Positions 28,694-32,000 of a stretch of 32,000 bases of DNA are shown here, piece after piece. The stretch lies in the sequence record CM125389.1; one strand, 5' to 3'. Numbering within the stretch: the first letter of the stretch is position 1; every line of letters begins with the position of its first letter. The position numbers and the translations under genes were made by a program. The notes beneath the pieces are model-generated. The model was not told the DNA's origin. It saw nothing but the letters and a program-made list of their open reading frames with translations, and did no database searches.

Positions 28694-28741
28694 CCCCACG
28701 AATACCCCACACACCTTCGTGTGTGGGCCGTATTCGTGGGG
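28694..28741. repeat. long GC hairpin, same family; ~95 nt downstream of the atp9 stop
   Basis: same sequence. Confidence 0.9.
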
Positions 28742-28835
28742 TCCCTCGAAGCTAGCTAGCTAGCTAAGCAGGAAGAGCAGCCATATTTTTTATTTAAGCA
28801 GCCATACATCATTTTATTCCTAATCTCTATCATTA

Positions 28836-29090
<255 letters not shown>

Positions 29091-29199
29091 CTAGAATCTA
29101 GTAACCTCTTCAATTCCACCACCGCAAAGCAGCAAATACCACTGAGGCTCCCGACAACAGTGTATTTACTGCTGTTGCAGTATATCTAATGATAATCAA

Positions 29200-29228
29200 G
29201 TAGCCATTAGGCTATCCCTAATGGCTAC
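29200..29228. repeat. perfect 12-bp stem hairpin GTAGCCATTAGG-CTATC-CCTAATGGCTAC
   Basis: read directly; upstream of atp9. Confidence 0.9.
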
Positions 29229-29237
29229 AATAATCAT

Positions 29238-29274
29238 ACGATAGCTAGCCAGTATATAACTGGCTAGCTATCGT
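29238..29274. repeat. perfect 15-bp stem hairpin ACGATAGCTAGCCAG-TATATAA-CTGGCTAGCTATCGT
   Basis: read directly; upstream of atp9. Confidence 0.9.
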
Positions 29275-29283
29275 AATCTTTAG

Positions 29284-29592
29284 TACATTACATATAAAGA
29301 TTACATTACAATACATTACATTACATTACATGTAATGTAACATTACATTACAGTTACATTACTGTACATTATATTACATTACAGTTACATTATATTAAGT
29401 TACATTACAGTTACATTACAAAATATTACATTACAGTTACATAACATTAAGTTACATTAAGTTACATTACATTACATTAAGTTAAGTTACATTAAGTTAC
29501 ATTTTATATTATCTATCAGATGATTACATTTGCAGTACATAGTGGATATAACATTACATTACATTACATTACATCATTACATAGCATAATGT
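29284..29592. repeat. ~300-bp minisatellite of ACATT / (A)GTTACATTA units
   Basis: dozens of ACATTAC repeats, with the 16-nt palindrome ACATTACATGTAATGT near 29322-29337. Confidence 0.9.
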
Positions 29593-29897
29593 ATCATCCA
29601 TCATTCCCCTTACGTGATACGTACCAAATTAAATCACACATTAACATTATTAATGTTACATGGTGAAATAAATATTCATATTTATTTCATATTATTAAAG
29701 ATAATCATTAAGTACGATTAGGATTAATCCTAATCCTAATCCGCACAGCTTAGCTCCGCTCAGACTAATATAATTAAATTAGTCGTCTATATATGCTATT
29801 AAAAATTTGGTTTATCGGTTATTTTTTTTTTAGCTAAAGCTAGCATTTTTTTTTTTAGCCTCTGGCCACCTCTTTAATTTTTTTTAGCTTCCCCCCC

Positions 29898-29911
29898 CTG
29901 CAGTACTGCAG
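29898..29911. repeat. PstI-palindrome core CTGCAGTACTGCAG
   Basis: exact 14-mer; TTTTTTAGC...GCTAAAAAAA composite. Confidence 0.97.
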
Positions 29912-30420
29912 GGCGGGGGGACGGCTAAAAAAAAAAATAAGCGCAAGCTATCCAGAGGCACGCCCCCTTCTCGAGGCACGCCACCCATGGTGGTGGGAAC
30001 TCAGGATTCGAACCTTCCTACCCCTTAGCACTTTTATAGTTTGGGCGTGCCTCCCAAACTACATCCTAGGAGAAGTTAAACCTATAGCGGGTCGATTCTG
30101 CATTTGCTACAACCACTCGGTAGAGTGGCATAAGTTCCTTCTCCGTCCACTTTTTCAGATGCGAACTTGCGTATCTCTGTTCATTTTAAGTACCGAACCC
30201 GTTTGCGAGTGGGCATTCCTCTCTCTATTTGCTATAAGAGACCTCGAATAGAGTAATCTTATCAAGTTACAACGAGACGTTTAACTATTTGATTGCATAT
30301 GTGACTTTAACTTGATATTGGGGACCTTTAGTATCCTTCGGATACGTAAGAGGAGGGTGGACCGCTTTCAGGTGTCACCTAAAGCAGCGTAATTTTGTTA
30401 AAGGACTGCACAGGACTGTT

Positions 30421-30856
30421 CTAATGTAGATCCAATGCGTCTTTAATGTATCCGCTAGTTAAAACTACAAAAACTTGAGCTTGGATGAAGGCAATTCCTA
30501 ACTCTAATCCTGAGAAAGCTATAATAAAAGCTAAAGGTATTAAACCTAAAAAGAAGAAGATAATACCGCTTGTCATTATATTGTAAGTAAATCCTGCTAA
30601 AATATGTAACAACATATGACCTGATAAGATGTTAGCTGCTAATCTTAATCCTAAAGATATATTTCTTGCTAAATAAGAAATGAATTCAATTAAAACTAAC
30701 AGAGGAAGAAGGGCTAAAGGACAACCTGCTGGAACTAATAGAGAGAAAAATTCTAATCCATGTTTTTGGAAACCTAAAATAGTTGCTCCTAAAACTATAG
30801 TGAAACTAAGAGCAAATGTCACTACAAAATGGCTTGTACTTGCGAAACTATAAGGA
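30421..30856 (-). CDS. atp6: ATP synthase F0 subunit 6, last exon
   Basis: (I)PYSFASTSHFVVTFALSFTIVLGATILGFQKHGLEFFSLLVPAGCPLALLPLLVLIEFISYLARNISLGLRLAANILSGHMLLHILAG...VLTSGYIKDALDLH then TAG 30423-30421. 5' boundary placed after intron-terminal G at 30857. Confidence 0.85.
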
Positions 30857-32000
30857 CAGCAGAGTAAGTCTTATAGACTTACCGTGGTGGACTATATCTT
30901 AATTACTTAATTGTTATTGTAAAACAGTGTTAAGTAATTTTTCACTTGTAGTCTCTGAGGATCTTACTCATAACATGGCTTGTTATTTTTATTTCCTGCT
31001 GATTATTCATTGTTTCATCCTTTAAGATTTTTACCATTATTTGGTACCTAAAGGCATTAGAAGTTCCCAGCACATAGTGAAATTTATTGTATTTTATTGT
31101 TATTTATTTTTGATATTACCAATTATCTAAACTTTTATCTATTCTTCTTTTATTATTCTTTTGCTATTCATATTACTTTGAATTAGCTTTATTGTATCTA
31201 ATCCTTCATCAGTTAAATGAGTTTTAGATTCTATTAGTTTGGCTATCTTTACAAAATCTAAGAAATCTTCCTGTTTAACTCCCAATAATGGGTACTCTTT
31301 TAAGAAAGGTATTAGCTTATTATTTATATCTGAAAATATTGTTATTAAGTATTGACCTTCATTACGTGTTGGTGATTTGTAATATCTACCCATATTTAGA
31401 TAAATAGCTATATCCTTCAATAACTCTTCATCTTTAATATGCTGAGTTAGTGAAAATCTTAACCAAACATTTCGCCACCCCCCCCTTCGGGGGGGGGAAT
31501 TTTGAGTTATAACTTGGAAACATCCTTCACCTTCTATAAATCCTCTAATTCAGTTTAAGCTTTTAACCTTAACATCTGAAGTATTGTATATTACTGAAGG
31601 TCTCACTGCTGCTTTTACAGTAGGGAAACTTTCTTTAAATTTGTCAGATAGACCTCAATTTAATGTAGCTTTTATTCCTACTAATTTTAATAAACCTTCT
31701 AAAGATAAATGTTCTTTATTTTTTATTAAAGCTATAGCTTGTTTAAATAGTAGATAATCTGCTCTCTTTTGTGTTATTAAAGGATAACTATCAAAATGAT
31801 CTGTGATTATTTGTAAATTTTTTAAAGAACTTACACGATATTGTATAGAATCAATACCATGTTTATAAATCTTTCCTACTTTAAAGGTTCTTTGAATAGC
31901 TTCTAATAGTGAAATATCCTTCTTATGAAGAGATATACTAAATATAGGTTTAACTTGTCAACCATTTAAGCGTCTATCATCTTTAAACAGTGAAAGAGAG
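30857..32000 (-). mobile_element. group I intron in atp6 (3' part; runs off the window end)
   Basis: Canonical R and S elements CAGAGACTACAAG and AAGATATAGTCCACC in the minus-sense 3' portion (30857-31138), with a LAGLIDADG ORF upstream. Confidence 0.8.
31139..32000 (-). CDS. LAGLIDADG homing endonuclease in the atp6 intron (C-terminal ~285 codons; N-terminus outside window)
   Basis: Open under code 4. ...[82 protein letters not shown]..., second motif [15 protein letters not shown] 31141-31139. One GC hairpin (31478-31500) is read through in frame as SPPRRGGW. Confidence 0.85.

Noticed and set aside
29990-30062. tRNA gene with encoded CCA downstream of atp6
   Set aside because: Only a 3-bp T stem is possible, and about 62 nt is available. 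The putative 5' acceptor is occupied by a strong 8-bp hairpin, so no cloverleaf forms. It is kept only as part of the unassigned-segment finding.

Overview
This window is about half of a filamentous-ascomycete mitochondrial genome, almost certainly Neurospora (N. crassa type). It is AT-rich coding DNA studded with GC-rich palindromes built on CTGCAGTACTGCAG, the classic PstI palindromes. Every gene I can support lies on the minus strand and needs genetic code 4 (TGA=Trp; a tRNA-Trp with anticodon UCA is present). That is why the supplied ORF track is fragmented. Gene order read from 32000 down to 1: atp6 (intron with LAGLIDADG ORF, then last exon), atp9, cox2, rns, trnY, trnN, cox3, trnK-G-D-S(GCU)-W, nad6, trnV-I-S(UGA)-P, rnl (group I intron carrying rps3/S5), trnT-E-(CAU)-M-L(UAA)-A-F-M-L(UAG)-Q-H-M, nad2, nad3 (one intron), nad4L (one intron), nad5 (exon 1, intron 1, start of exon 2). 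That gives 23 tRNA genes, 2 rRNA genes, 11 protein genes or gene parts, 5 group I introns, 3 apparently intact LAGLIDADG ORFs (one truncated by the window end) and one decayed one. I see no CRISPR array, defence island or bacterial-style operon, and no evidence for a genuinely new multi-gene system. What deserves a second look is the selfish-element ecology. Several families of GC palindromes nest inside one another. They are read through in frame in some intron ORFs and in rps3, they have destroyed the nad3-intron endonuclease, and they sit inside rRNA exons, once with a 10-bp flanking direct repeat. Also notable are paralogous introns in nad3 and nad5, an identical tRNA-Met duplication, and an unassigned structured segment downstream of atp6. 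The most puzzling item is the 5' half of rns: I cannot align it by eye to conserved SSU landmarks, and no 530-loop sequence exists anywhere in the window. All coordinates were derived by hand. Intron and rRNA ends are plus or minus a few to tens of nt.
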